Origin: Euglena gracilis | Lineage: Eukaryota | DNA length: 64,000 nt | Direction of reading: 5' to 3' | NCBI GenBank assembly: GCA_039621445.1 | Contig: CP154954.1 | Location: 33,209,455 to 33,273,454 of the forward strand | Shown here: positions 1 through 11,800 of the stretch, piece by piece | How positions within the stretch are numbered: the first letter of the stretch is position 1 | Layout: each line of letters starts with the position of its first letter | Program-made: the position numbers and the translations under genes | Notes under the pieces: model-generated | Told to the model about the DNA's origin: nothing | Seen by the model: only the letters and a program-made list of their open reading frames with translations | The model's database searches: none

Positions 1-784
1 AGCAATGAGGTGGGTGGGTTTGTGAGAAAAGGGAGGGAAGAGGCCCTTGAACCTGCAATGGGAACAGGCAACAGTGTGGTGTGGGATGCGTTGCGTTGTG
101 TGGTGTGGGGCAATGAGCTGTGGCGCGGTGCGGTGTGAGAGGTGATACAAACCCCGGTCACCCAGCGACGTCGCTTAGGCCCAGCGGGTCCAGCCAGCCA
201 GCAGCTTTTTTTCCAGCCTCGGAACCTCCATGAACTAATTTTGTTTTGCTTTCCGTTTGCTTTGGGGTGGCTGGACAGTGACAAAATTTTTTTGCTTTCG
301 GCAGGAATGGACCAAAAACGGGCAAAAAATTGCCAGTCCAAACCTGCAAAGTTGGCAGAAATTGCAAAGTTGGCAGTTTGGGGGGGGGGCGCTTTTAGTT
401 TGCATTTCTTGGTCCCCTGTTCAACCCCTGGTGACCAGTTCCAGCCAGGGACCCCATGGGGTGGTGGGTTAGCCAGCAGCCTTTTTTTCCAGCCCGCCAT
501 AATTTTCCATCCTGTTAGCTGGACCTTCGGGCACCAAGCGACGCCCAGGTTGGAGCAGCAGTTGGGGCAGCAGAGTTGGTGTATATCAACAACCTCTTTA
601 CCAATCACCACAAGTGAACAGTGCATAAAGTGGGTGCCCTCCATCATGACCCACAATGTTGCCTTGGGTTGGTTGTCCATTGTCCTTTGCAGTGATAAGT
701 TGCTGGGAACGAACGGTTTGGCAGTTGGCCATCCTTGGACTATGTCCACCGCAGACACACAAATGCCCACCCGGATGCTGTAGG

Positions 785-3700
785 ATGGCGTTGACTGCTG
801 CACAGACCATCACCGACGGCTTGATGAAGGACATCATCACGCCAGGTGAGCAGGAACGATTTCCTTTTTTGCTGCTTCGCGGTTCCTTTTTTGCTCTGCA
901 CAATAAACACAGGAAACAGTTCGTTGTGGGGCCAACCCCAAAAAAACAACACCCACGAACCCAAGGATTTTTTTGCATGACATTGCAAACCCTTTTGTGT
1001 GGGAATAAAAAAGACACGTCGTCTGGGGCAAACCCCAGGCTCTCTTTGGCAGTTGAGGAAGTGCAGACCCCCATAGCCCAGAGGGAGGATCTCTTGGCAC
1101 CTCCCCCGAAGTGGGCTGGGTTTTAGGTTGGAGGCACATCACACAGCCGGTCCAGGGGCTCGAAAGAAACCACTTCCAAGAAGGGGAATTTCTTTGGGTC
1201 AGATCCAGTGTTGACCCAACCAGGCGGCCCACATGGGACGAGCTTTTTTTTCTTGCCAAGGACCGCGCCTCAAAAACACTTGGACTTTTCAGGCCAACAG
1301 CTGGTCCGGGCGTCGAACGGGGTCGAACCTTAAAATGTCAAAGATATGCACGATGCATTCCTTGGCAGTTTGGGGAGGGGCGAAGGTTCAAGGATGCCAG
1401 AACTCATTTTTATCCCGAAGTGGACCTCTCTAAATGGGCATTTTTCCGCCATTTTCCCCATGGATTTACATTGCATACGGTGGGACGGGAAATTTCCGTT
1501 GCGCTCAAGGACCGCCCTGGACTCAGCCCGATCCCTCCCCCATTCCTGCTGTGAGCAGGGCCAGAAAAGCAGCCCCCTCCCCCAGACCAGGGGGTGACCC
1601 CACCATGTGCCAACCCTCCCCCCAAGGGTATTCCACCGGCCCCCCTGTGTCCCAGGGGACGGCGCGACGTTCCCCACCGCCGGGGAGACCGTGATGGTGC
1701 ACTACACCGGCACGCCCACGGAGCGCTCTGCGGGCCTCCGGACGTTCGGGTTTCTGCGAACCGCCGGGGACCGGGCGGCGCAGCTCGCACGGCCCCCGCC
1801 CTGCCCGCTGCTGGGGCCCCCCGGCCGGGACCGCCGCCCGCCTGCCCGGAGCGCGCCGTGGCTCAACTGGCGGCTGACGGGTCCACCTTCGACACGTCGC
1901 GGGGCGAGTGGGCCGACACCTGCAACGGCATCACCGTGTTGAAGAAGAAGAAGCCGTTCACCTTTGTCCTGGGCCAGGGTATCTTCTGCTTTCCCTCCTG
2001 TGGCATGGTGCTGCCAGCTTTTGAACCGAGTACTGAATGAATGGAGTGGTGTATGAGAGGCCGCTCAGTTTGAAAGGAAGAAACAGACCTTTGTAGAACA
2101 TCCCCTTCTCGCCATTTTGTACCTTTTTTTTATTTATTGTAAGCAGGGAAGAAATACGTTTCGCATGTTTTTTGCATGTTTGTGAAATTTTTGCGCATTT
2201 TTCAAATTTTCCAAAAATCTGCATCTTTGCTGAATTTTTTCGATTTTTTCAGCGTATTTTTTTGCTTTTTGGCACATTTTTCGTGACTTACCCAATTTTT
2301 TACATTTTTGGGCATTTTGCAAATTTTTTCATTTTTTTGAAAGTTTTTCATTTTTTAGGAACTCAGATTTTCCTTGTAAATCCACATAACTCTTGTGAAT
2401 TTGGTGCCATTTTTGCATGTTTTCAGGTAAGTTCTGTATTTGCATCATTTTTGCGCTTTCCCCTCAGATTTTGCATATTATTGCGCATTTTTTCCAAAAA
2501 TGCATCTTTGTTTTCCCAAGGCCAGACTAGCGCAATTCCACCCCCCTGTGTAAGCGACAGCTGGGATTTACACCCACTCGCCCAGCTGAATTTAGTAAAT
2601 AAGTTAAGACTCCGTTTTTCTGGAAATTAAAGCGATGGAAAATCCTTCAGCGCCAAAGCGCTTTATGTGGAGCTCGATAAAAAATTAGCTAACTTTGGGC
2701 CTGAATTCGTCCAAAGGTGCCCAAGAACGGAAATGCAAACCCTAGCTTAAGCCCCACTCCTGTGATTAACCAAATCTTTCCCGAAATGGTGGTGAAAACG
2801 GCACATCCAATGTCCTCGTGTCACATGCCACCAGATCATAGATCATGTATACATTGTACATGTATGTGTGTACATTACATGTATTAATGAATATATTCAT
2901 TACATATCCATATATACAGGAGACACATGTTATAAATGAATACACATGTATATGTATATGTAAACCTCCCCCCAAATAACCTGTCGGGGCCCTTGCTCCT
3001 GGCAGAATGACTTGGCAGGGGGTGAGGGGAAAAAAAGATGGTTCCAGTAACTTGGCACCCCCCTTTTTAGGCAAAATTCCTTTACGACGCTGAAAAAAGT
3101 GCCCAAATAACCTGGCGGGGGGGGGCAGGGCCAAAAGTTGGTTCCAATAACCTGGCACCCTGCCAGGTTATTTGGGGGGGAGTTACATATTATATTGTCT
3201 GTCCCTCGTGGCTTCCAGGTCGAGGTGTGGGGCTGCCAAATAATTTTAAAAGGCATTGTCTACCTCTTCAGAAATTTGTTTCCTTAAAAAAAAACACGAC
3301 CCCCAGTTAACAGAGGAACGCCTCAAACGGGGTTAAGCGTTTGGTGTTGACAACAACTGCCGGTCGTACGACCATGTGCCAGCCTTTCCGTTCCCATTCC
3401 GGGGGTTGTTGGCTGGCTGGAGATGTGGGTCGCCCCTGTGGGTGTCGCCACCCACCTCCCACAGGGGCCGTCATCGCGGGCTGGGACCAAGGCATCCCCA
3501 CCATGTCCCTCGGGGAGCAGGCGCGCTTCCACATTCGTGCCGACCTCGCCTACGGCGACAAGGCAGCCCAGGCCACCAACGGGTGTAAAAATTTGATGAA
3601 AATTCAAGAAGTTGCAAAAAAGCGCCTTTTTGGTGAAGTTCACCGTTGGTTTAGGCAGGGGACCCCCGGCTATCAAGAAAGATCCCCCCTCACCAGCTTG

Positions 3701-4040
3701 TTACCGGCTGTGTCCGAAGGACAAAGCCGGTGGAGACAAGGCAGTACAGATGGCCATCGGGACCCCTCCTCCCCCCTGTACAAGACTGAACCGGCCTTTC
3801 CTGAATGAAGCTCCTCTGGCCGTGCGCCACTTCCGTTTTGAGCTCAGGGGCAAGTGGAGATAAAGTCCTGGGCGTGTCTTGGGGTTGCTGCGACTGCCAA
3901 ACGCTGGGGGGCCGGCTCTCCCCGCTGGCCTGCCCCGCGTCACATGCGGCGGGGCCACCATCAGCCCCGGCTCCGACCTCATCTTCGACATCGTGCTGCT
4001 CGCGGTGGGGAAGCACTACGCCCATCGCTCCCTGTGGTAG
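785..4040 (+). CDS. FKBP-type peptidyl-prolyl cis-trans isomerase (FKBP12-like), 5 exons: 785-845, 1656-1713, 1866-1978, 3465-3565, 3939-4040
   Basis: Joined exons read MALTAAQTITDGLMKDIITPGDGATFPTAGETVMVHYTG(T/K)LAADGSTFDTSRG...KPFTFVLGQGAVIAGWDQGIPTMSLGEQARFHIRADLAYGDK(A/G)VTCGGATISPGSDLIFDIVLL...*, containing the FKBP motifs HYTG, FDxS, VIxGW, AYG and LIFD. Introns 1 and 3 are GT-AG and phase-compatible. Introns 2 and 4 are non-conventional, with boundaries uncertain by 1-2 nt. Confidence 0.93.
1221..1519. mobile_element. hAT-type MITE, family A, older copy
   Basis: Ends CAGGCGG...AAGGACCGCCCTG, with flanks GACCCAAC / GACTCAGC (6/8 match). Confidence 0.75.
1714..1865 (+). other. Non-conventional (euglenid-type) intron 2 of FKBP
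   Basis: No GT-AG. The 5' arm CCACGGAGCGCTC..GGGC pairs with the 3' arm GCCCGGAGCGCGCCGTGG. CAC lies at +4..+6 and GTG at -8..-6. Removal restores HYTGTL in frame. Confidence 0.85.
2960..3187. mobile_element. MITE family with TGTAAACCCCCCCAAATAA-type TIRs
   Basis: Inverted ends. Related copies lie at ~13829-14060 (reversed), ~45705-45900, ~7749-9400, ~14700-15035 and ~42899-43523. Confidence 0.7.
3566..3938 (+). other. Non-conventional intron 4 of FKBP
   Basis: CAGGCCA (3569) pairs with TGGCCTG (3926-3932) and there is no AG acceptor. The frame requires 373 nt to be removed, 1 nt more than the +4/-8 rule predicts, possibly because of a C-run indel. Confidence 0.8.
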
Positions 4041-4563
4041 CACGCTGCCTCCCAGCAAACCCCGTTCCTCCCCTTACCCGTCTCACGAAGGCAGCATCGG
4101 GGTTCCATTCGCTCACCTGCTGCTCACCCCCGCGCAGCAATGCGAATGTGATCCGGAGGTGATGGCAAGTTCTTGCACAGTCTGAACCAACCCCAGTGAT
4201 GGGTGAACACAGAAATGCTTATTTATGAACAGGAAAAAGACAACAGAAACAGTTTCAAGAGATTCCAGCAAACCCTTTTTTGGCAAACGACACCACCATA
4301 TTCTTTGGTGGAGCAGTGCTGTTACCAGGGTCCGGTGTTTGACAAGTTGACAAGTTTAACCTTATGATTATGATTATGATTGGTCATTTGGGTGAGAGTT
4401 GATGGTTTGCCAAAAATGAACGCAAATTTCCTCGCCCCAATCGTTCTTTTCATTCCCTCCCCAAGTTTAACAGAAAATATCGAAAAACGTCGGCAAACCC
4501 CCCATTCAGATTCGGCTAAGTGAACCTCCTCCTCCCCCCCCCCCCGATTCCCAGAGCAGGCCC

Positions 4564-6110
4564 CAGGGTTGTATGGGAAGCTCACTCTTATCTCTTTAGA
4601 GTAAGAGCGAAGCTTACCACCAGGGAAAAGGGGGGTGGAACCCCCCCCTCCCCCCCCCGCCCCTGGGTAGACTGTGAAAACCGCGGATTATCACCATGAC
4701 CCCCGCCCGGTTCCCAGAATTTTATTTCAGTCGCGAGAGACTGGATTTCTAGTTTCCGAATCACCGCCATATGACCCCTAACTCCCCGCCAGGCCCGAGT
4801 TATTCACGTGCGAAGGGGTCCAAACTGGGTAGAATTGGCCACCCCCCCCCTCTTCCGAGTCTGCCATTTCGACGGGGTCCAAAAATCAGTCAAAAAATCG
4901 ATTCTTCGAAAATATCTCGAGAAAATGTACATTATTTCCGGAAGTGTCCCACTGACGAAATGTATCCCTGGAGGCCCTCTATCACCCCCGTTCGCCGTTT
5001 TGGCCACCGACAGGCCTGGCTCGTGTTCCGGCGTGCTTTTGCGGCCCAAAACGGCCATTTTGGGGCGTTTTTCGGGCCATTATTTTTTTTGGGCCAAAAA
5101 AATAGGTTTTTTCAAAATATCTTAACAATGAAGCAAAATCAAAGAAAATGTCCGCAAAAATGAAGCCCTTGGAATGCCCTATCCAACCATGGTTTACTTT
5201 TCCCCCAGCTGTTCGTGTAGCCCGAGTTACGGCCATTTTTCGGCCAATTTTGGCCCATTTCAGGGGCTGTTTTGGGCTGTTTTCGGGGTCAAAAAATCGA
5301 TGTTTTCAAAATATGTCGAAAATGAAGCATAATCAAAGGAAATGTCCAGAGACGTAATTTGAAGCCCTTAGAACGCCCTATCTAACCGTATTTTGATTCC
5401 CTCGCAACTCCCCGCCAAGCCCGAGTTACGGCCATTTTTTCGGCCCGTTTTGGCCATTTTGTATAGTTTTAGCCTGTTTGACTTGACCGTTTTCGGCCAT
5501 TTTTTGGGGTCAAAAATCGAGAAGTTCGAAAAAAACCCAAAACCATGTTTTTTGGCTTCCAGGACCCGGAAAAACTGTTTTTGAGCTGAAAATGAGCATT
5601 TTTCAGCCCCCCCCCCCCCGGTCCCCTCCTCTGCCTAGCGTCCGAGCCACGTTTTCCGTTTTACAGTCTAAATCTGCGCAAGGTAAAGAGCTCAGCACTA
5701 TTCAAAACCTGGTTTCGGAAGGGGGTCCCCCACCCCCCTCCCCCTCCTCTGCGGGGGCAAAAAAATTTTCCCGCGCTTCGCACCGGGTGTGTATTTTTAG
5801 GACCCTCTTGAGGCGTAAGATGAAATTTTGGCAAAATGGCCAAAAATGGCCGTAACTCGGGACAGGTGGGGAGTTGCGTGAGATGGGGCATTTTGAGGGC
5901 TTCAATTTGATCTCCTGACATTTCCTCTGATTCCTCACCATTTTTGAGAATTTTCAGAAAAATTGTTCTTTTAAATTGTTCAATAAACGGCGGAAATTTT
6001 CGGCCACCGAAAACTGGAGCTAATGGAGGTAGGAGGGGGGGGTCCCCCCACCCCCCCCCCCTAGTTTCGGAGGGGGGTCCCCCCCCCCCAGAGATTCCCA
6101 TCCAACCCTG
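4564..6110. mobile_element. TIR element with CAGGG...CCCTG ends and internal repeated modules
   Basis: CAGGGTTGTATGGGAA / TTCCCATCCAACCCTG inverted pair with inverted subterminal segments. No TSD is visible. Confidence 0.6.
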
Positions 6111-6975
6111 CCGAACATGAAACCAGTGGTGGACCATGGGTTGGTTGTGGTGGGTCATAGATAGTCATAACGCATTGGTGGCTTGGGGGGGACCTCCCTG
6201 GGTCATTTTCCTCTCCTTTGACAGATCCAGTCGTTTCTCGGGGGGGGGGGGATCCGAGGGAAAACGTTGCCTTCCGCCGTCCAACAACATGGGATGGAAG
6301 GGCGGTTGTTCAGAAGCCCTTGCCGCAGGGTAGGCCATGGTGTCAGGGCACCGGCAATCAACAACTTTGCACCACCTGATCTGTCCTCGCTGAGTTTTTC
6401 GGCGTTTGAATAAGGTTTTCAATTAAAAATGTCCATTGCCATGTCCATTACGTCCAAGGGAAATTCTGGACAATGTGTGTTGGAAGCAGGGCGGCCCCTG
6501 ATGGCTTTAATTGATGTGATTTCGCCTTTTTTTTCCATAAGGACAAGGGGCAGCCAACGGCTGCTCCGGGGTCTCAAACAAGATCAATAAACAAAAGAAG
6601 CCGAAAAAAAGAAGGGTAAATGGCGGATGGTCCAAGGATGCCAGAAATACCTTTCCTTTTTTTGCCAAAATATGGCCATTTTGTGTGTGTGTATCTTTCA
6701 TGGGAAGGGTGGCAATTGACACATAGTTGTGATTGAACTGAATGTGCAACAGACTGCTTTCACAGCTCCGCAGGGCAGTCCTTAAAAAGAATAATTTTGT
6801 CCCAGCATCTCTCTTGTTTGCATCGGCAAGGCAGAATTGTTCTGGGATGTGTGACCTTTTGAAAGCAATGCACTCTTTTTGCACCCTACGTCCATGACGC
6901 CTGCATGGTGACAGGACAGAAGAACGCACAACCACTGTTGAGTATCCTGTGCTGGCCCACCACAGGCAAACCACC

Positions 6976-8804
6976 ATGAAAATGAATATGCCCGTCGACG
7001 CGGACACCCATGCCGCGTCCAGGATTCTTTTCGTGGGACCAGATTTGCATTTATTTAGCTTGCTGAAGGGAAGGGCAGCTGGTCGGTTGTATAATTTTGA
7101 CCCCAAAAAATGGCAAAAACGGGACACAACAGGCTCTCCAGCTCGAAGATGGGGTTAAAACTCATTTTTTTACATAATTCGCATTTGTTTGCATTTTTGG
7201 TGAGTTGGGCGGCCCAAGGTTGGGTTTTGGGTTTTGGGTCCCCCCCCCAAATTTTTGTTTTTTGGGTACCCCCCCCAAAAACACCAAAAATTTGTATTTT
7301 TGGGACCCCCTCTTTGAAAAATTTTACCCCTAACCCCTAACTACCTAAAAAAGGCCGATTTTGGCCAGGAAAAGCCATTTTTTTCAAAAATTTCTGCGCC
7401 TGCGGCGCCAAAAAGTATATCTCACCCCCCTCTGGGCCCTCCGGGGGAGTCCGGCTGGACCCACCCTGGGTGATCCCTGGGGCTGCAGCCGGGATCGAAC
7501 CACCGACCCCGCGTGCAAAGCAGGATTCCTGTCCAACACGTCCAAAAGGATGGAAGCGCACCGGGGGGGGGGGGGGCAGTGCTTATACAAGGCCAGTGTT
7601 TATACACGGGGGGGGGGGAATGGTACAACAAAATTGTGGATTCTGATAAGGGGTGACCGTTGGAATCCAGACTGTTATTTTCGGAGGGAAAATCATGCCC
7701 TCCAGAATTGTGGCCTCTGATTGGGGGGGGGCAGGGGTGTGATCATTGTAAACCCGCCCCCCAAATAATCCCCCCCCCCCAAATAATACCCCCCCCTCGG
7801 AGGTATTGCAAAAACTGGCCCCTACACTAGACATTTACCCCCACACCCCCCCCCACACCCCCCCCCCACCCCCCCCCCCACCCCCCCCCCCACACCCCCC
7901 CCCACACCCCCCCCCCCCCCCCACCCCCACCCCCACACCACCCCCCCACCCCCCCCCACACCCACCCCCACACCCCCCCCCCCCCCCCCCCCCCCCACCC
8001 CCCCCCCCCACCCCCCCCCCACACCCCCCCCACACCCCCACCCCACACCCCCCCCACACCCCCCCCCCACACCACCCCGCCCCCCCCAGGTGCCCCCCCC
8101 CCCCCCCCCCTCCACCCCGGGTAGCGTTTCCCCAGTGGGGTTTCGGCGGCGGGGGTATTTTTTGGACCCTTTTGGGACCCTATGTTGGCAAATTGGAGGT
8201 CCGTCCAAGACCGCATTTTTTTCCACACCGTCCAAATTTCACAATTTTCTGAAAGGTTTGAATGTCGTAGGTTTTTAAAGCAAAAAAATGGGTGAAATAC
8301 CAAAAATTTGCCAAGAGAAAAAATGTCAATAAAATTTGAGTGTGCCAAAATTTGGGGCAGTTTTTTTGACTTTGCAGTTTTATCACCACTCCTGAAAACA
8401 ACTGAAACCTGAAAATTTTGGTACCTTTTTCATGAAAACGTATGTTTTTTCCGTGAAAAATTGGAGCCCAGACAGACATTACCCAGGCCCACGGCCACCG
8501 ATGAGGGGTCCGGTGGCCTACGGCCCCCGCGGCGGGGGGGAGGGGGGGCTGCGCCCCCCCCTCCCCCCCCGCACCCCCCCCTCCCCCCCCGCCCCCCCCA
8601 TTATCACTGCGCATTGTTGCAAAAAATTGATCCCGATGAGGGGTCCGGTGGCCTACGGCCACCGCGGCGGGGGGGGAGGGGGGGGCTGCGCCCCCCCCCT
8701 CCCCCCCCGCACCCCCCCCCCCCCCCCCGCCCCCCCCATTATCACTGCGAATTGTTGCAAAAAATTTACCCCGATGAGGGGTCCAGTGGCCTGCGCCCCC
8801 CCCC

Positions 8805-8835
<31 letters not shown>

Positions 8836-11800
8836 ACACCCCCCCCCCCCCCCCCCCCCCCCCCACACCCCCCCCCACACCCCCCCCCCAGCCCCCCCCA
8901 CACCCCCCCACCCCCCCCCCCCTCACCCCCCCCCTCCCCCCCCCCACCCCCCCCCACCCCCCCCCACACCCCCCCCCCAACCCCCCCCCACACCCCCCCC
9001 CCCCCCCCCCCCCCCCACCCCCCCCCACACTTGTCTAGTGTAGGAGCCAGTTTTTGCAATATATGCCCCCTCGGGGTACGACTTCGGCCACCAAAATAAT
9101 ACCCCCCTCCCCCAGTTTCGGGCCGAAAGCCCGGATTTTTGACCTGAAAATGTAGGTAAAAATCACAATCTCTGACGATAAATTTCGAAAAAAATCGATT
9201 TTTCTGGATTATCTGGCCTCCAAGAAATGCTAAATTTCATGAGAAAGTACAAAAAAAATTGATCCCAAAGGGGGGTTTTGGCACTATTTTTGCTCCTACG
9301 GAACTTCGAAAAATTTCGAAATTTTTTGGGAAATAATGCCCCTCGGGCCGGGACTTCGGGCGAAAAAATATTACCCCGGGTATTATTTGGGGGGTTTTAC
9401 ATGTCTCGAACAGAAAATTGCATTTTGGTGCATTTTGAAAGGGCTTGTGGCCCCAAAAAATTTCAGGACCCAAAATTGTACTAACTAAACTAACTGGACT
9501 AACTGGGTGGGGGATGGTCTGACTACTGAAAAGTAAACCGCCAGAAAGTGTTTCAAGCAGGCGGGGAGTGTTCAGGACAACTCTGAGCGAAAGCCCCTTC
9601 GTGACTTTGCGGATGTCGACCATTGTTTGCCATGGTTTTCTCTCATCGTCAATGGAGACCCAAAAATTTGATTTTTGGGTACCCCCCCCAAATTTTTGGG
9701 CCGATTTTGGGACCCCCCCAAAAATACAAAAACAAAACCCAACCTTGTTGGGCCAATTCCCACCCTCCCATGGGGGTGGTGGGGAGGGATTCTTAAAAGG
9801 TTGGTCCGCAAACCCGCTCCACGGTGGGGGCACCCTTAAAGGCCTTGTGGGTCCACAATCACTTAGTCACTGGCTGACTCCCCCTGGGGGGGTGGGTGAC
9901 TGATTTTTTCAGCGTGACTAACTGGTTTTGGCCCGGACCTCCCTCCCCCCCCCCCAGTGGGTCAACAGAAAACCCCAATTGACTTGGTACCGAAGGCGCC
10001 GGGAAAAAAGGTTTTACTTTTTTTTTCAAGTTTGTTGTGAAATTTCTCTTGGGTTCAGGAGTATTATTTCTTAAGAAATTTTCAATTTTCTTCAAGGTTT
10101 TAAGGCGTTTTTTGAATTTTTAAGGCGTCCATTTTACAAGGGAAGTCCAGGTCCATCCTGGCATCGAACCGGGCACAAAATCAAAATGTCGAAAATTCCA
10201 TTATTTCGGGTTTGGGTGGGCGGAGAATGTGAGAATGTTCCAGCGAAATGCCAGAAATCGCCTTTTCCTGGAATTGGTTTGTTTCTTGCCGAGATTTTTG
10301 CGCCCTTCATTTTAAGCTCGAATTTCAAAAGAATTTCCCAGAATGATTTTTTCAGATTTTTTAAGGGAGTTCGGCCAAATATTTTAAAGGCACCATTAAA
10401 ATGGTTATAATTTGAAAACTAATGAAAACAATACCCCTTGCTTGGATTCCAGACAGGGCGGTCCTTAAGGGACAGGAAAGTTTTTATTTTTAATTTCCTT
10501 AAGGACCGCCCCCCCCCTTTCGGCCAAAGAGCCGGCTAAGGGCCAGACTAGGACTTGAACGGGGGCAAAAATTAAACAGTCGAAAGACACAGTTTTTGAT
10601 GATTTGGGTGGATGGACGATGGTCCAAGGGTGCCAGGAATCAATTTTTTTCCTGATGTCGACCTGTTCTTGCTGAAAAATGCCAAAATTTCTTGCCCATT
10701 TTCCAGTATATTTTTCACTGAGTGTGCTGGGACAGCGGAGGTTTTTTTTTTTTATTGCCTTAAGGACCGCCCTGATTCCAGAGTGGCCGACCCCCCTTGG
10801 GGAGGGTGACTGGTTTTTGGAAGCCCCCCTGGCGGTTGTCATATGTGCAGGATACTCCGGAGAAGATTCCATGAAACATTTTTTTGACCGGTGGGTAACA
10901 GTCAACCTTCAAGGAGGCTTGGGGACACTTGACGCCCAGAGAGCTTTGGCGGAACCTCACCGGATCAATAGCCCAAGGGGTGGGCAATGGGCAGTGATCT
11001 CTTCCCATATCTTCCCATATTCCCATATCATATATAGGGACGCCGGTTTTTGGTCAATGTTTTCCTTCAGCGCCAGCAGATTTTTTCTCTGCAAATTGCA
11101 ACTTTGGTGGGTGGGCGGTCATCCTTCCCCGCACCTCTTGGGTGTGGGGAGAGGTCGACCAGCCCCCCCCCCCCCCGGCCTTCCTACCCAGCCCCACCCG
11201 CCTCCCCGACGTGGACCCTGGCGCCGTTCCAGCAGCAGGTGGAGCAGCAACAGCTGCAGCAGGAGCAGCAGCAGGAGCAGGAGGAGAAGCGGAAGTCCAT
11301 GCTGCTCCCCAGGGCCCCCGCCTCCGCTCGGCGGTGGGTAGCTTTCGTTGCACGTTGCATTCAGTCTGGGGTCGGGACAGTGCAAGCCAGCTCCCAAGGC
11401 TGCGCAAATTGGCACGAAGTGTTTCTTGGTGCGGTGGTGCTGGCAGGGATATTAAATTTAGAGGGACAGCTGCCTTCGGCGGTGCAGTGAGGTGTTGCAA
11501 AAATTGGCGCCTCTTCTAGCAAATTCGCCCCCACACCCACCACACCCCCCACCCACATCCCCCCCAACACCCCCCCTACACCCACCGAGGCTGGTGGGCC
11601 CCAATTTTTAGAGTATGATGATGGTCTGACGTGTCCAAGGAAGTTTATTTTTAGTCTTTTTTGGAGGAAGTTTATGGAGTCTTTTTTAATAAGTTTATGG
11701 AGGAAGTTTATTCTTTTTTGGATAAAACGATGGTATTCTGGGCCCGGTCGGTCGAGAGAAAATGCACGATACAATGTACAACGTAAGTCAGAAAAGGCAA

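Larger units (their letters stand above)
7017..11225 (+). other. Non-conventional or intermediate intron 1 of PDCD5 (GT start, non-AG end), 4.2 kb
   Basis: Ends are GTCCAGGATTC...GGACCCTGGCGCC, with CAG at +4..+6 and CTG at -8..-6. Both junctions are Y|R and the join is in frame. Confidence 0.7.

Noticed and set aside
7806-9099. Pro-rich and Gly-rich ORFs (extensin- or formin-like)
   Set aside because: These are translations of poly-C tracts inside a TIR element within an intron.
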